This document shows, one piece after another, positions 1 through 10,327 of a stretch of DNA of 64,000 nt. Made by a program: the position numbers and the translations under genes. The DNA lies in NCBI GenBank assembly GCA_014879445.1, contig JACSSC010000058.1, forward strand, positions 39,536 through 103,535, in the 5' to 3' direction. The notes beneath the pieces are model-generated. The model was given only the letters and a program-made list of their open reading frames with translations. It was not told where the DNA came from and did no database searches. Numbering within the stretch: position 1 is the stretch's first letter; each line of letters starts with the position of its first letter. Source of the DNA: Candidatus Competibacteraceae bacterium. Its GTDB lineage: Bacteria > Bacteroidota > Bacteroidia > CAIKAF01.

Positions 1-87
1 CGTTGTTTGATGAAAAATTTTACACACTCTATATTAAAAAAGGTAAAATCTCAGCGTACACGAAACGAATTGTAATCAAATAACACT

Positions 88-1743
88 ATGAAAAAAAGCT
101 TATTATTTTTTAGCTGCTTGGCCTGTACGACCTTATCTTTTTCACAGTTGCAAGTTAATAACACACAAACACCCAACGACTTAGTTCAAAACATATTGGC
201 CGGCCAAGGTGTACAAATCAGCAATGTATTATTTAATGGCGCTCCTGGCAATACCATTAATCCACAAATAGGTTCATTTAATGGCGCTACCTCAAATATC
301 GGGCTACCAAGTGGCATTATCATGTGTACTGGAGATATTGGTGTAGCAGTAGGACCTAACAACCAAGACGGAGCAACTGTAGGTGGTGGATTTTTTGGTG
401 CCTCTGACCCTGATTTGGATATACTGGCAGGCAATAATACCAATGATAAAGCTGTATTGGAGTTTGACTTTATACCCGCCGGAAATACCGTTACCTTTCG
501 TTATGTTTTCGGTTCAGAAGAATATAATGAATATGTCTGCTCAGGATTTAATGATGTATTCGGCTTTTTTATTAGTGGGCCTGGTATTACAGGTACATTT
601 CAGCTTCAGGCCATCAACATTGCCATCATACCCAACACCAGTACACCTGTAGCTATCAACACAATCAACAATGGCACTCCGGGAGCATTTGGATCTGCAC
701 CCACCTGTGCTGCCATCGATCCCCTTTGGAACACACATACTGCATATTATTTTGATAACGCAGGCGGTACTTCTGTTCAGTTTGACGGATTTACAGTCGT
801 TATGGAAGCTGTAGCACAAGTGCAATGCAATCAAACATATCATCTTAAAATTGCCATTGCCGATGCCGGCGATACCGGATTGGATTCAGGCGTATTTCTT
901 GAAGCCGGATCATTACAATCCGATGAACTTCAAATTGCAGGTATTACTTCAAGTGGCGACTCTCTGATGATTGAAGGTTGTAACACTGCTTACTGGATTT
1001 TTACTCGACCTAATGCCAACGACACCGCCTATATTGATATTGGCGTATTTGGTACAGCCACTATGGGAGTTGACTATTCAAACCTACCTTCGCAAATCGT
1101 TATGCCTCCCGGTGTGTTTTCTGATACAATCTCCATTTCTTCTATTGCTGACTTTATTACCGAAGGAACTGAAACCATCACTTTGGCCATTTATTTCTCA
1201 AATGCCTGCTCTGGCGACAGCGCAACTGCCACACTTTATTTACAGGATTATGAAAACTTGTCGGCTATATTAATGAGCGATACGGTTGTATGCACGCAAA
1301 TTGGTGAATCCGCTTTGCTCTATCCATTAATTTCAGGAGGCGCTGCTCCTTACTCCTTTGTATGGAATAACTTGACTGACACTACCGACACCGTTACTGT
1401 TTCCCCACCCATTACTACTGATTTTTTTGTAACAATTCAAGATGGCTGTGGATACTCAACGATTTCAGATACCATAACGGTTACCATTCAATGTCCTATT
1501 ATTGTACCCAACGTGTTATCAGCCAACAGCGACGGACTTAATGATGTGTTCTTTATACCTAACATTGACCAATATCCCGGCAATGAAGTATATGTATATA
1601 ACCGGTGGGGGTGGTTGGTATATCATGGATCAAATTACCAAAACGACTGGGCTCCTACCAACTTGGTTGAGGGTGTTTACTTTTATGTAGTAGATAACAA
1701 GATTACCGAACCGGTAAATGGCACTCTACATATTTTCCATTAA
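88..1743 (+). CDS. Secreted choice-of-anchor L domain protein with T9SS type B (CHU_C / gliding motility-associated) C-terminal domain
   Basis: Signal peptide; LEFDF..FRYVFGSEEY..FNDVFGFFISGPGI and YHLKIAIADAGD..DSGVFLE motifs; C-terminal VPNVLSANSDGLNDVF..VYNRWG..Y.NDW..GVYFY. Confidence 0.85.
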   Translation: MKKSLLFFSCLACTTLSFSQLQVNNTQTPNDLVQNILAGQGVQISNVLFNGAPGNTINPQIGSFNGATSNIGLPSGIIMCTGDIGVAVGPNNQDGATVGGGFFGASDPDLDILAGNNTNDKAVLEFDFIPAGNTVTFRYVFGSEEYNEYVCSGFNDVFGFFISGPGITGTFQLQAINIAIIPNTSTPVAINTINNGTPGAFGSAPTCAAIDPLWNTHTAYYFDNAGGTSVQFDGFTVVMEAVAQVQCNQTYHLKIAIADAGDTGLDSGVFLEAGSLQSDELQIAGITSSGDSLMIEGCNTAYWIFTRPNANDTAYIDIGVFGTATMGVDYSNLPSQIVMPPGVFSDTISISSIADFITEGTETITLAIYFSNACSGDSATATLYLQDYENLSAILMSDTVVCTQIGESALLYPLISGGAAPYSFVWNNLTDTTDTVTVSPPITTDFFVTIQDGCGYSTISDTITVTIQCPIIVPNVLSANSDGLNDVFFIPNIDQYPGNEVYVYNRWGWLVYHGSNYQNDWAPTNLVEGVYFYVVDNKITEPVNGTLHIFH

Positions 1744-1799
1744 AATTTCTGCCTGATTATATTGCTTTACAGTAAGTATTCTGATATATTTCATTTGCT

Positions 1800-1807
1800 T
1801 ACCTTTG
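1800..1807 (+). promoter_or_regulatory. Bacteroidota -7 promoter element TACCTTTG, 4 nt before the ATG at 1812
   Basis: Exact TAnnTTTG match. Confidence 0.65.
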
Positions 1808-1811
1808 TTGT

Positions 1812-2855
1812 ATGAAACATTTATTTCATCTAATTAGATTTCTGATTATCATTATAGCTGCAAATGGCTTTCTATACCTTAGCAGTTGTGGTAATAAAAA
1901 AACGCATCCAACCATTGCCGACTCCCCATTAGTTGATACTTCAGAAAAAAAACTTCAAATTCTAAACAAACGAATTTTAGACGACCCCAACAATCCATCT
2001 TTGCTATATCAGCGAGCAATGGTATTTTACAACATGAAAAACCTGTATAAAGGTATGGAAGACATCATTCGGGCTATTAATATGGATTCGTCTGAGGTAA
2101 AATATCATTTATTATTGGCCGATTTCTACTATGCCGACACCCGAATTGATGAAGCAAGAGAACGCATTGAAAAAGCCCTCTCTCTTAACCCAAATGATAT
2201 TAATGCCAATATCAAAATGGGAGAGCTTATGTTCTATCTTGCAGATTACGTTAAAATGTTCACTCACCTCGATATTGCCTTAAAGCAAGACCCTTACAAT
2301 GCAAAAATCTACTTCATCAAAGGCATGGGATTTAAGGAAATGGGGGATACAAATCTGGCTATCTCAAGTTTTGCCACTACCATCGAACAAGATCCTGAAT
2401 ATTTTGACGCATATATGCAATTGGGAAATTTGCACGCTACACGTCACAATCCAATAGCCATTCAATACTACAATAATGCTATTCGTATTAATCCATTAAT
2501 GATCGAAGCCCATTATGGATTGGCTTACTATCTCCAAGAAAATGGCAAACCCGATGATGCCATAAAAATATACAATGACCTGTTATCTATTGATCCATCT
2601 AATGCAGTAGCTAATCATAATATCGGATACATATTCCTTTTTTACAAAAACGATCCTGCTGCTTCTCTTCAATGGTTCAATCGCTCCGTATCCCTGAATC
2701 CAAAAGCAGCCAATACTTATTATCACCGCGGATATGCATACGAGCTCTTGCACGATTTTGAAAAAGCCAAAGAAAACTATAATCTTGCTATTGAAGCATC
2801 TCAGAACCAATTTCCGATGGCAACAGAGCGCTTAGCAAGAATTCAAAATAAATAA
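1812..2855 (+). CDS. Tetratricopeptide repeat lipoprotein
   Basis: Hydrophobic N-terminus ending LSSC lipobox; many A....P.....Y..G TPR units. Confidence 0.85.
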   Translation: MKHLFHLIRFLIIIIAANGFLYLSSCGNKKTHPTIADSPLVDTSEKKLQILNKRILDDPNNPSLLYQRAMVFYNMKNLYKGMEDIIRAINMDSSEVKYHLLLADFYYADTRIDEARERIEKALSLNPNDINANIKMGELMFYLADYVKMFTHLDIALKQDPYNAKIYFIKGMGFKEMGDTNLAISSFATTIEQDPEYFDAYMQLGNLHATRHNPIAIQYYNNAIRINPLMIEAHYGLAYYLQENGKPDDAIKIYNDLLSIDPSNAVANHNIGYIFLFYKNDPAASLQWFNRSVSLNPKAANTYYHRGYAYELLHDFEKAKENYNLAIEASQNQFPMATERLARIQNK

Positions 2856-2862
2856 TCATATT

Positions 2863-3405
2863 TTGACAAATCATATTTCCATAAAGCAATTATATCTTCC
2901 ATCTGTCAATTACGGCACATTAGCCGGACTTATAAGTTTTGCTTTGTATATGTTGCTATACAAGCTGGGTTTTAGCCCTCTTCTCGACTGGAGATATGTA
3001 GGTGTTTGGATTCCATTCTTATTTATCTTCTTAGCAATTCGTCGTATCAAAAAAACATTATATCCAACCCCCCTTACATTTGCTCGTAGCTTTTATTCAG
3101 GCATTATTACTACTTTTTTCATGTCTTCGCTCAAGGCCATTTTGGTTTATATCACAATCTCTCTTACTGGCGAAGGAATTATTGATCAGTATTTCGAATC
3201 GCTTCAAAGAGTTATTAACGAAAGTAAGATGAGGGGTGATGAGATATTACCGATTTTGAACGACCTGCCAGCATTACGCAAACAATTTAATGCACGCATG
3301 TTGGGCATTATGGAATTTAACTTGCACTTCTTTGGAGGAGCTGTTGTGTCTCTTATTATTTCATTGTTTTTAAAGTCGAAAAAAAAAATTGCCCTATCCC
3401 AATAA
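2863..3405 (+). CDS. DUF4199-like membrane protein
   Basis: About 4 hydrophobic helices with the Bacteroidota YG..AG ... TF...F..G ... G..VSLIISLFLK pattern; TTG start uncertain. Confidence 0.6.
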   Translation: MTNHISIKQLYLPSVNYGTLAGLISFALYMLLYKLGFSPLLDWRYVGVWIPFLFIFLAIRRIKKTLYPTPLTFARSFYSGIITTFFMSSLKAILVYITISLTGEGIIDQYFESLQRVINESKMRGDEILPILNDLPALRKQFNARMLGIMEFNLHFFGGAVVSLIISLFLKSKKKIALSQ

Positions 3406-4089
3406 CCGGCCGCCCCATTGGGTATTATATTTTTCCCACAAACCTTTGGATAAAGGAAAATGCTCAATATGCATTTTTTGATTTGTTATAGGGTGAAGAA
3501 AACTCAGTTTGTAGGCATGTAACGTGATACCATTCGACACCCCTGATGGATATTTTGAGCCATACATCACATCTCCTGCAACGGGATGCCCAATTGAGCC
3601 AAGCTGCGCCCTGATTTGATGATATTTTCCTGTGATAAGATCTATCTCTAATAACGAAAACAATGAATCTGACTGCAATATTTTATAAGAAAGTGAAACC
3701 GGTTGAAATTGCCGTGATAATGAGCTTAATGCAATAACGGCTTTTTTATTTTCCTTGTCTTTTATATGGAATTGATTTAAAATTTGCTGTTCAACAGCCG
3801 GTATTCCTTCTACCAAAGCCAGATATTTCTTTTCAATTTGACGCTTCTCTATCATCTGCTGCAAAGGCACAGTTGCTGTTTTCTTCTTTGATACAATCAA
3901 TATACCCGATGTGGGCCTATCGAGACGTTGCATCAATTTCGGACGAACAGATTGCTGGCATTTGTAATATTCAACCAGCCACGATTCTAAACAAGTTGAA
4001 ACATACAAATTCTGATCACTTACTAATCCGCATGGCTTATAAACTATAGCAAACCAATTATCCTCATATATGATAGCAGGTACACTCAA
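3394..4089 (-). CDS. RluA-family RNA pseudouridine synthase
   Basis: IIYED..KP.G, RLDRPTSG catalytic Asp motif, TGKYHQIRAQL, GD.MYG, LHAY.LSF.HP. Confidence 0.9.
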   Translation of the reverse strand: MSVPAIIYEDNWFAIVYKPCGLVSDQNLYVSTCLESWLVEYYKCQQSVRPKLMQRLDRPTSGILIVSKKKTATVPLQQMIEKRQIEKKYLALVEGIPAVEQQILNQFHIKDKENKKAVIALSSLSRQFQPVSLSYKILQSDSLFSLLEIDLITGKYHQIRAQLGSIGHPVAGDVMYGSKYPSGVSNGITLHAYKLSFLHPITNQKMHIEHFPLSKGLWEKYNTQWGGRLLG

Positions 4090-4475
4090 AGCAAATTCAC
4101 TTTGTACACATCAAAAGAATTACGTGGAATATCAGAAACAAAAATGGGAAACAATTCATCAGTTTCTTCAGCCAGATCAAATGAATTACAACCAATTGTC
4201 AATGGTTCAAAAACCAATGTAAATGAAAGGGTTAATCCTTTTTCAATCCATGTCCATTCAGGCATCATAGTCACGCCAAAAACATGCAACAATTTCGAAC
4301 AACCTAATCCATCTTTTTCGCGTAAGTAAGTTTCTTGAAGTACTCTTACGCCAATATCTAGTGGAGCCGTTACAAAACAATGTACAATCACATATTTTTC
4401 TTCTAGCATGTGTAATGCCGGAACTTCGACAGTTAGATTGCTAATCTCGATATCTGTAAAATCTGAAGATTGCAT
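4086..4475 (-). CDS. Conserved hypothetical protein
   Basis: Co-oriented with neighbours, 4-bp overlap with rluA start; SFTLVFEPL..C.SFDL.E..RN.DVY pattern recalled from Bacteroidota hypotheticals. Confidence 0.7.
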   Translation of the reverse strand: MQSSDFTDIEISNLTVEVPALHMLEEKYVIVHCFVTAPLDIGVRVLQETYLREKDGLGCSKLLHVFGVTMMPEWTWIEKGLTLSFTLVFEPLTIGCNSFDLAEETDELFPIFVSDIPRNSFDVYKVNLL

Positions 4476-4511
4476 AAATTGGATTAAACAAAATTAAAAA
4501 AATATTTTTTT

Positions 4512-5450
4512 TTATTCATCCAGCCTTGATAAGTTTCTCATCATGCCTGTATAGGTTGCACGTGATATGGGTGATCTTTTAAAAGTTTTATTAAATGACG
4601 CTTCATCCATTTGTTTCCATGTTAATTTATCTAACGTGAGGAGTAATGAATCCGGATAAAAACGCGGTTCGGAATGAGGAGATGAAAATCGGTTCCAAGG
4701 GCAAACATCCTGGCAGATATCACAACCAAATATCCAACCGTCAACCGGATAATCTGAGAGGTTAGGAGAATTATTTTTTAGCTCTATCGTCAAATATGAA
4801 ATACATTTATTAGCATCAAGCACATAAGGTGCAACGATGGCCTGAGTAGGACATGCATCAATGCAACGAGTACATGTTCCGCAATATGAATGCATCGGCA
4901 CATCTGCCTCACAATCTAAATTGCAAATAATTTCAGCTAAAAAAAAATAAGAACCTTTTTGGGGATGAATGAGCAATGTGTTCTTACCAATCCAACCCAA
5001 TCCGGCCTTGGCTGCCCATGATTTTTCTAAAACAGGAGCGCTATCTACAAAAACACGATAAGAAAAATGCCCTGTTTTTTTCTGAATTTGATTTACCAAT
5101 TCATACATTTTATCTTTTACAACAAAATGATAATCCTCTCCGTATGCATACTTGCTTATTTTGGGCACTCCTTTTTGTTGCTGATGTTTGGGATAATAAT
5201 TATAGAGTAAAGAAATAACAGTTGTGGCGCCTTCAACCAGTATAGATGGATTCAATCTTTTTTCAAAATGATTTTCCATGTATGACATCTCGGCATGTTT
5301 GCCGTCTTTGAGCCATAATGCAAGACGTTGTCGGTCATCATCAAGATGGGCAGCTTTCGAAATACCACATCCAAGGAATCCTAATTCGGAGGATAATTCT
5401 TTAATGCATTGAGCATGATATGTTCGGAGTTGTTCTGTATTCAATGTCAA
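4512..5450 (-). CDS. queG: tRNA epoxyqueuosine(34) reductase
   Basis: [52 protein letters not shown]. Confidence 0.95.
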   Translation of the reverse strand: MTLNTEQLRTYHAQCIKELSSELGFLGCGISKAAHLDDDRQRLALWLKDGKHAEMSYMENHFEKRLNPSILVEGATTVISLLYNYYPKHQQQKGVPKISKYAYGEDYHFVVKDKMYELVNQIQKKTGHFSYRVFVDSAPVLEKSWAAKAGLGWIGKNTLLIHPQKGSYFFLAEIICNLDCEADVPMHSYCGTCTRCIDACPTQAIVAPYVLDANKCISYLTIELKNNSPNLSDYPVDGWIFGCDICQDVCPWNRFSSPHSEPRFYPDSLLLTLDKLTWKQMDEASFNKTFKRSPISRATYTGMMRNLSRLDE

Positions 5451-6481
5451 CTTTCACTATCAAACAAAGAAAGATTGTCAGGGTTTTTTAACCGTCCTAA
5501 ATGTTTGTATGCTTTTTCAAGAACAATTCTTCCTCTGGGTGTACGCACTAAGAATCCTTCCTGAATCAAGTATGGCTCATACACTTCTTCAATAGTGCCG
5601 GCATCTTCGCTTACAGCAGTAGCAATGGTGCCTAATCCAACAGGACCGCCTTTGAATTTATCTATGAGTGTTGTAAGTATTTTATTATCCATTTCATCCA
5701 ACCCGTACTTATCCACATTAAGCGCCGTTAGAGCCATCTGTGAAATATCAAAAGTAATAACACCGTCTCCTTTAATTTGAGCAAAATCACGCACCCTTCG
5801 CAACAGCGCATTGGCAATTCGCGGAGTACCACGACTTCTACGGGCTATTTCATGAGCCGCTGTTTCTTCAATCGGAATTTTCAAAATTGAAGATGAGCGT
5901 TTAACAATGTTACTTAATGTGGCCTCATCATAATATTCTAATCTAGCATTGATGCCAAAACGCGCCCTGAGCGGTGAAGTAAGCAATCCTGAACGGGTTG
6001 TTGCTCCTACTAAAGTAAATGGATTAAGAGAAATCTGTACCGATCGTGCATTCGGACCAGAGTCAATCATGATATCAATTTTATAATCTTCCATGGCTGA
6101 ATACAGATATTCTTCAACCACAGCACTCAGGCGATGAATTTCATCAATAAAAAGCACATCACTGGGCTCAAGATTGGTAAGTAATCCAGCCAAGTCACCC
6201 GGCTTCTCCAATACCGGACCTGAAGTAATTTTTATCCCCACGCCCATATCATTAGCAATAATATGTGCCAGTGTTGTTTTTCCTAAACCGGGAGGACCAT
6301 GAAGCAAAACATGGTCGAGCGCTTCGCCACGCATCTTTGCAGCTTCTACAAAAACACGAAGATTGTCAACCACTTTTTGTTGACCGGTAAATTCTTCAAA
6401 CTCAACAGGTCGTAAAACTTTTTCTAACTCACGTTCTGTTTTGGTAAGACGCTCATGTCCTGGATCCAAATGCTCATTCAT
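5447..6481 (-). CDS. ruvB: Holliday junction branch migration helicase
   Basis: [50 protein letters not shown]. Confidence 0.98.
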   Translation of the reverse strand: MNEHLDPGHERLTKTERELEKVLRPVEFEEFTGQQKVVDNLRVFVEAAKMRGEALDHVLLHGPPGLGKTTLAHIIANDMGVGIKITSGPVLEKPGDLAGLLTNLEPSDVLFIDEIHRLSAVVEEYLYSAMEDYKIDIMIDSGPNARSVQISLNPFTLVGATTRSGLLTSPLRARFGINARLEYYDEATLSNIVKRSSSILKIPIEETAAHEIARRSRGTPRIANALLRRVRDFAQIKGDGVITFDISQMALTALNVDKYGLDEMDNKILTTLIDKFKGGPVGLGTIATAVSEDAGTIEEVYEPYLIQEGFLVRTPRGRIVLEKAYKHLGRLKNPDNLSLFDSES

Positions 6482-6485
6482 GATT

Positions 6486-6493
6486 CAAAGGTA
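6486..6493 (-). promoter_or_regulatory. -7 promoter element TACCTTTG of ruvB, 4 nt before ATG
   Basis: Exact TAnnTTTG match on minus strand. Confidence 0.65.
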
Positions 6494-6598
6494 TGATATT
6501 TTCAGGTTATATTTGGCTACATCAAAGGTTCATATCATAAAATATCCGAAAAAGGTTTAACGCTCAAAAACCTTTGTAATTTTGACCAATTATCAATT

Positions 6599-7288
6599 AT
6601 GACGAATTTATTTATTTTTCCTTTTGGCGGAGGCAACGAAACTTCTTACGCTCGAATTACACAATTGCTCCATCCATCCATTCATATTATCTCGGGTGAA
6701 AGCCCGGGTAAAGGACGACGAAATAAAGAACCATTGCTAAAAAACCTCTACCGAATGGCTGATGTTTTTTTTGAGCAATATGCGCAACAAGTGGATGAAA
6801 ACAGTATCTTTCTTGGACATTCGATGGGTGCATATTTGGCCTATCTAATGGCTATCCGACTTCGTGATGAAAAACATACACTTCCCAAGCATCTTGTGCT
6901 TTCAAGCAAAATTGCACCTTCGCGCCACTTCAATAAGAAAAGAATGTTACTCACAGATGAGAAGTTTATTAAACACTTGAAAGAACTAGAAGGTATGCCG
7001 GATGCTATTCTTAGTAATGCTGAATTATTAACATTATTTTTACCCATCATTCGTGCCGACTTTGATGCCTTAGATCAATTTAAATATATCCCTACTACCC
7101 CACTTCCAATTCCTATTACACTTTTTTGTGGCAATAGAGAAAATGTTCCCGACGAATGGCTTACCGACTGGAATAAAGAAACAACAGATTGCTTCGATTT
7201 TAAACGAATATCGGGCGGACACTTTTGGCTTTTCGACAACCCTGACCCACTCATTCAATGTATTCACCAAATTGCAGGTATAAAATAA
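6599..7288 (+). CDS. Type II (editing) thioesterase, GrsT/SrfAD family
   Basis: FPFGGG, PGKGRR..EP, GHSMG nucleophile, LPIIRADF, GGHFW; own promoter element TAATTTTG at 6577-6584. Confidence 0.9.
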   Translation: MTNLFIFPFGGGNETSYARITQLLHPSIHIISGESPGKGRRNKEPLLKNLYRMADVFFEQYAQQVDENSIFLGHSMGAYLAYLMAIRLRDEKHTLPKHLVLSSKIAPSRHFNKKRMLLTDEKFIKHLKELEGMPDAILSNAELLTLFLPIIRADFDALDQFKYIPTTPLPIPITLFCGNRENVPDEWLTDWNKETTDCFDFKRISGGHFWLFDNPDPLIQCIHQIAGIK

Positions 7289-7293
7289 AAATT

Positions 7294-7956
7294 ATGGAAG
7301 CATTCGTTGCATACACGTTCATTGATAATCTCAATCAACCCTTGCCCGATGCTGCGCTTAAAAGCTTGCCATCCATAATGAAAGACGAGATTAATTTGTA
7401 CAAAATGAATGATGACCAAATTCGTTTACTCGCCGGAAAACGACTCCTTTATTATGCCCTTCAAATAACAAATCATGAATCGGATATGATTCAGCAATAT
7501 ACCGTAGCACCAAATGGCAAACCATTCATACCCGGCTTTCATCCTTTCAATATCACTCATTCTGGAAACATTGTAGCTATTGCCGTATTATTAAGCAGAG
7601 GTGAAATTGGTATTGACTGCGAAATGATTCGACCTATTCAACCTTCATCATTCACTAAGCAATTCTCACCACCTGAAATGCAATGGATATTAAATGCGCA
7701 GCAACCACAACAACGATTTTTTGATGCCTGGACTATGAAAGAAGCCGTGATGAAAGCTGATGGACGTGGAATGCGTATCCCCTTGCATCATATTCGACTG
7801 AAAAAAGATTATGCAACGATAGATGACAATCCTAATATATGGTTCCTTTATCCTTTATCTCTACATCCAAATCACCCGGCACATCTTTGCTCTGATCAAG
7901 CCATTTCAAATATTAAAACTATACATATACTTACTAATGATCTATGGCTACTTTAG
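7294..7956 (+). CDS. Sfp-type 4'-phosphopantetheinyl transferase
   Basis: NGKP, FNITHSG, IGIDCE, FFDAWTMKEAVMKADGRG; start moved to ATG 7294. Confidence 0.92.
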   Translation: MEAFVAYTFIDNLNQPLPDAALKSLPSIMKDEINLYKMNDDQIRLLAGKRLLYYALQITNHESDMIQQYTVAPNGKPFIPGFHPFNITHSGNIVAIAVLLSRGEIGIDCEMIRPIQPSSFTKQFSPPEMQWILNAQQPQQRFFDAWTMKEAVMKADGRGMRIPLHHIRLKKDYATIDDNPNIWFLYPLSLHPNHPAHLCSDQAISNIKTIHILTNDLWLL

Positions 7957-8043
7957 TATGAATATTGCCCTTATTTCATCCTTGTTTTGTAACTTGTGCA
8001 ACCGTTCGACTTTATACATAATGTAGGCAAAAATCAACATGTT

Positions 8044-9555
8044 ATGAAAATTTTCACATCTAAACAAATCAAAGAACACGACCAATACACTATACTGCAT
8101 GAGCCCATCGCTTCTATTGATTTAATGGAACGTGCGGCAACGATTCTTACAGATGCTCTCATAAACCAATGGCCTGGAGAACTTACTTTCTGCATTGTAT
8201 GCGGAGCTGGCAATAATGGTGGTGACGGATTGGCCATGGCACGCATGCTTCACAAACACAATTACAAGGTAATTGTATATCTGCTTGATGCTAGCAATAG
8301 AAGTGACGATAACCAAAAAAATCTGAAAAAACTCCCATCCGATATTACAAAGTTTGAAATAAAGGATACAGACGCATTGCTTGAAATTCCTTCTGATGCA
8401 GTAATTATTGACGCCATATTTGGTACAGGCCTTTCACGCGAACCCGAATCTCTGTTTGCTCAATGTATAAAAAGCATAAACCGCTTGTCTAATCCGGTTA
8501 TTGCTATTGATGTTCCATCCGGTTTGGGATGCGAATATACACCCTGGATGTATAATAGTGAGCATATTGTTCGTGCTACACATACTTTTACTTTGCAGCA
8601 TCCCAAACTCTCATTTTTTCTTCCTGAAAGTGCTGCTTATACAGGCACATGGGAAGTACTTCCTATTGGCTTACATCCCGAGTTTGAATCAATCACCTCA
8701 ACCCCCTATCAATTAATTGAGAGCGAAATGGTTCTTGCTATGTTGCCTAAGCGAAAACGGAATGCTCACAAAGGACATATGGGACATACACTGATAGCTG
8801 CAGGAAGTAATGGAAAAATTGGTGCTGCAATGCTTTCGGCCAAAGCGGCTTTACGAGCCGGTGCCGGTCTAGTTACTGCATATATTCCGAAATGCGGTTA
8901 CACAGCACTTCAAAGTGCATTACCTGAAATTATGGTTATCTCTTCTGATGATGAAAAGGAACTCGAAGGCACAATCTATCATCCCATGCGCTATCAAGCT
9001 ATTGGAATTGGTCCTGGCATTGGAACAGGCAAAAGTGCAGCACTTGTTTTGAAAAATTTAATCCAACAATATGATAACCCTTTGGTGATTGACGCAGATG
9101 CAATCAATATTCTTGCTGAAAATCCTACCTGGATGTCATTTCTTCATAAGCACAGTATCCTCACTCCTCATCCCGGCGAATTTGAAAGGTTAGCTGGGAA
9201 GGGAAATGGATACGAACGATGGCAAAGACAAATCGAGCTCTCTACCCGATTCCAAATATTCATCGTTTTGAAGGGCCATCATACATCCATATCAACACCA
9301 AATGGGTCGCTTTATCTTAATTATACAGGCAATTCCGGAATGGCAACAGCCGGTTCGGGCGATGTACTTACCGGCCTAATTACAGGTCTGTTGTCGCAAA
9401 TGAACAGTTCATTATTTGCTTGCATTGCAGGCGTATATCTGCATGGCTTAGCCGGTGATTTAGCACTCAACAAACAATCTGTAGAATCGCTAATTGCCTC
9501 CGACATAATTGATCATTTCGGAAAAGCATTTGATTTTATTCGAAATCATGATTAA
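8044..9555 (+). CDS. nnr: Bifunctional NAD(P)H-hydrate epimerase/dehydratase
   Basis: LMERAA, GNNGGDG, DAIFGTG, HKG..G, VIDADA, LTPHPGEF, MATAGSGDVL; start at ATG 8044. Confidence 0.95.
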   Translation: MKIFTSKQIKEHDQYTILHEPIASIDLMERAATILTDALINQWPGELTFCIVCGAGNNGGDGLAMARMLHKHNYKVIVYLLDASNRSDDNQKNLKKLPSDITKFEIKDTDALLEIPSDAVIIDAIFGTGLSREPESLFAQCIKSINRLSNPVIAIDVPSGLGCEYTPWMYNSEHIVRATHTFTLQHPKLSFFLPESAAYTGTWEVLPIGLHPEFESITSTPYQLIESEMVLAMLPKRKRNAHKGHMGHTLIAAGSNGKIGAAMLSAKAALRAGAGLVTAYIPKCGYTALQSALPEIMVISSDDEKELEGTIYHPMRYQAIGIGPGIGTGKSAALVLKNLIQQYDNPLVIDADAINILAENPTWMSFLHKHSILTPHPGEFERLAGKGNGYERWQRQIELSTRFQIFIVLKGHHTSISTPNGSLYLNYTGNSGMATAGSGDVLTGLITGLLSQMNSSLFACIAGVYLHGLAGDLALNKQSVESLIASDIIDHFGKAFDFIRNHD

Positions 9556-9635
9556 AATTATTCGTTCCATCTATTCTCTCTCTATTTACCTAATATCAAA
9601 ATTCTTTTATACTTTTGCTACAAATACTTTAATGC

Positions 9636-10214
9636 ATGGAATTTGAGAAGTTGGTATCTATTAGTGGGCAATCATCGCTATATTTGGTAATCAGCAAGAC
9701 AGCCAATGGCTTCATTGCCGAATCATTAGAAGATAAAAAACGCATCCCAGTTTTTCAGAATATGGATGTGAGCATGTTGGAAGACATTAGCATTTATACC
9801 GAATCAGGTGAAGTTACACTAAAATCAGTATTTCTGAAAGTGCTCGAAAAGTACAACGGAAAAGACACTCCCGATGCAAAAGCAGATAATGCTGAATTGT
9901 TTCGTTTTTTTGAAGAAGTACTCCCTGATTTTGACAAAGAAAAAGTATATGCCTCTCATATACGAAAAATTGTAAAATGGTACAGTCAACTTCTCAAACT
10001 AGGCATGATTGATTCGGAAAAACTGTCTCCTAAAGAAGAATCCAAAACTGAGGAATCAGAAACTAGCGAAGACAAGCCGAAAACTGATGAGAAAAAGAAA
10101 GAAGCTAAAACTGCCAAACCAAAAAGCGTAACTGTGGCAACTAAATCTACAGGTGCCGTAAAAAATGCCCCTGCCCGCAAAGTGCAAACCGTTAGAAAAG
10201 CAGGAGGCGCATAA
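9636..10214 (+). CDS. DUF5606/DUF6852 domain protein with charged Lys-rich tail
   Basis: LVSISG..LY..LEDISIYT..LPDFD.EKVY.SHIRKIVKWY pattern; promoter element TACTTTTG at 9610-9617. Confidence 0.8.
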   Translation: MEFEKLVSISGQSSLYLVISKTANGFIAESLEDKKRIPVFQNMDVSMLEDISIYTESGEVTLKSVFLKVLEKYNGKDTPDAKADNAELFRFFEEVLPDFDKEKVYASHIRKIVKWYSQLLKLGMIDSEKLSPKEESKTEESETSEDKPKTDEKKKEAKTAKPKSVTVATKSTGAVKNAPARKVQTVRKAGGA

Positions 10215-10280
10215 TCTTTTGTCTATTCTATGCCCAATAACATAGGCAAAAAATTCACACTAATAAACATATTTGATTAT

Positions 10281-10306
10281 GGCCGTTTCTGTAATGGCCT
10301 TTTTTA
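10281..10306 (+). terminator. Possible intrinsic terminator
   Basis: GGCCGTT-tctgt-AATGGCC followed by T-run, between convergent genes. Confidence 0.45.
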
Positions 10307-10327
10307 TATGATTAAAAAAAATTATAA

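Noticed and set aside
3920-3935. RluA motif reads QRLD instead of HRLD, suggesting inactivation
   Set aside because: The catalytic Asp and remaining motifs are intact
5709-5717. Perfect DnaA box TTATCCACA
   Set aside because: Single copy inside the ruvB coding sequence; expected by chance
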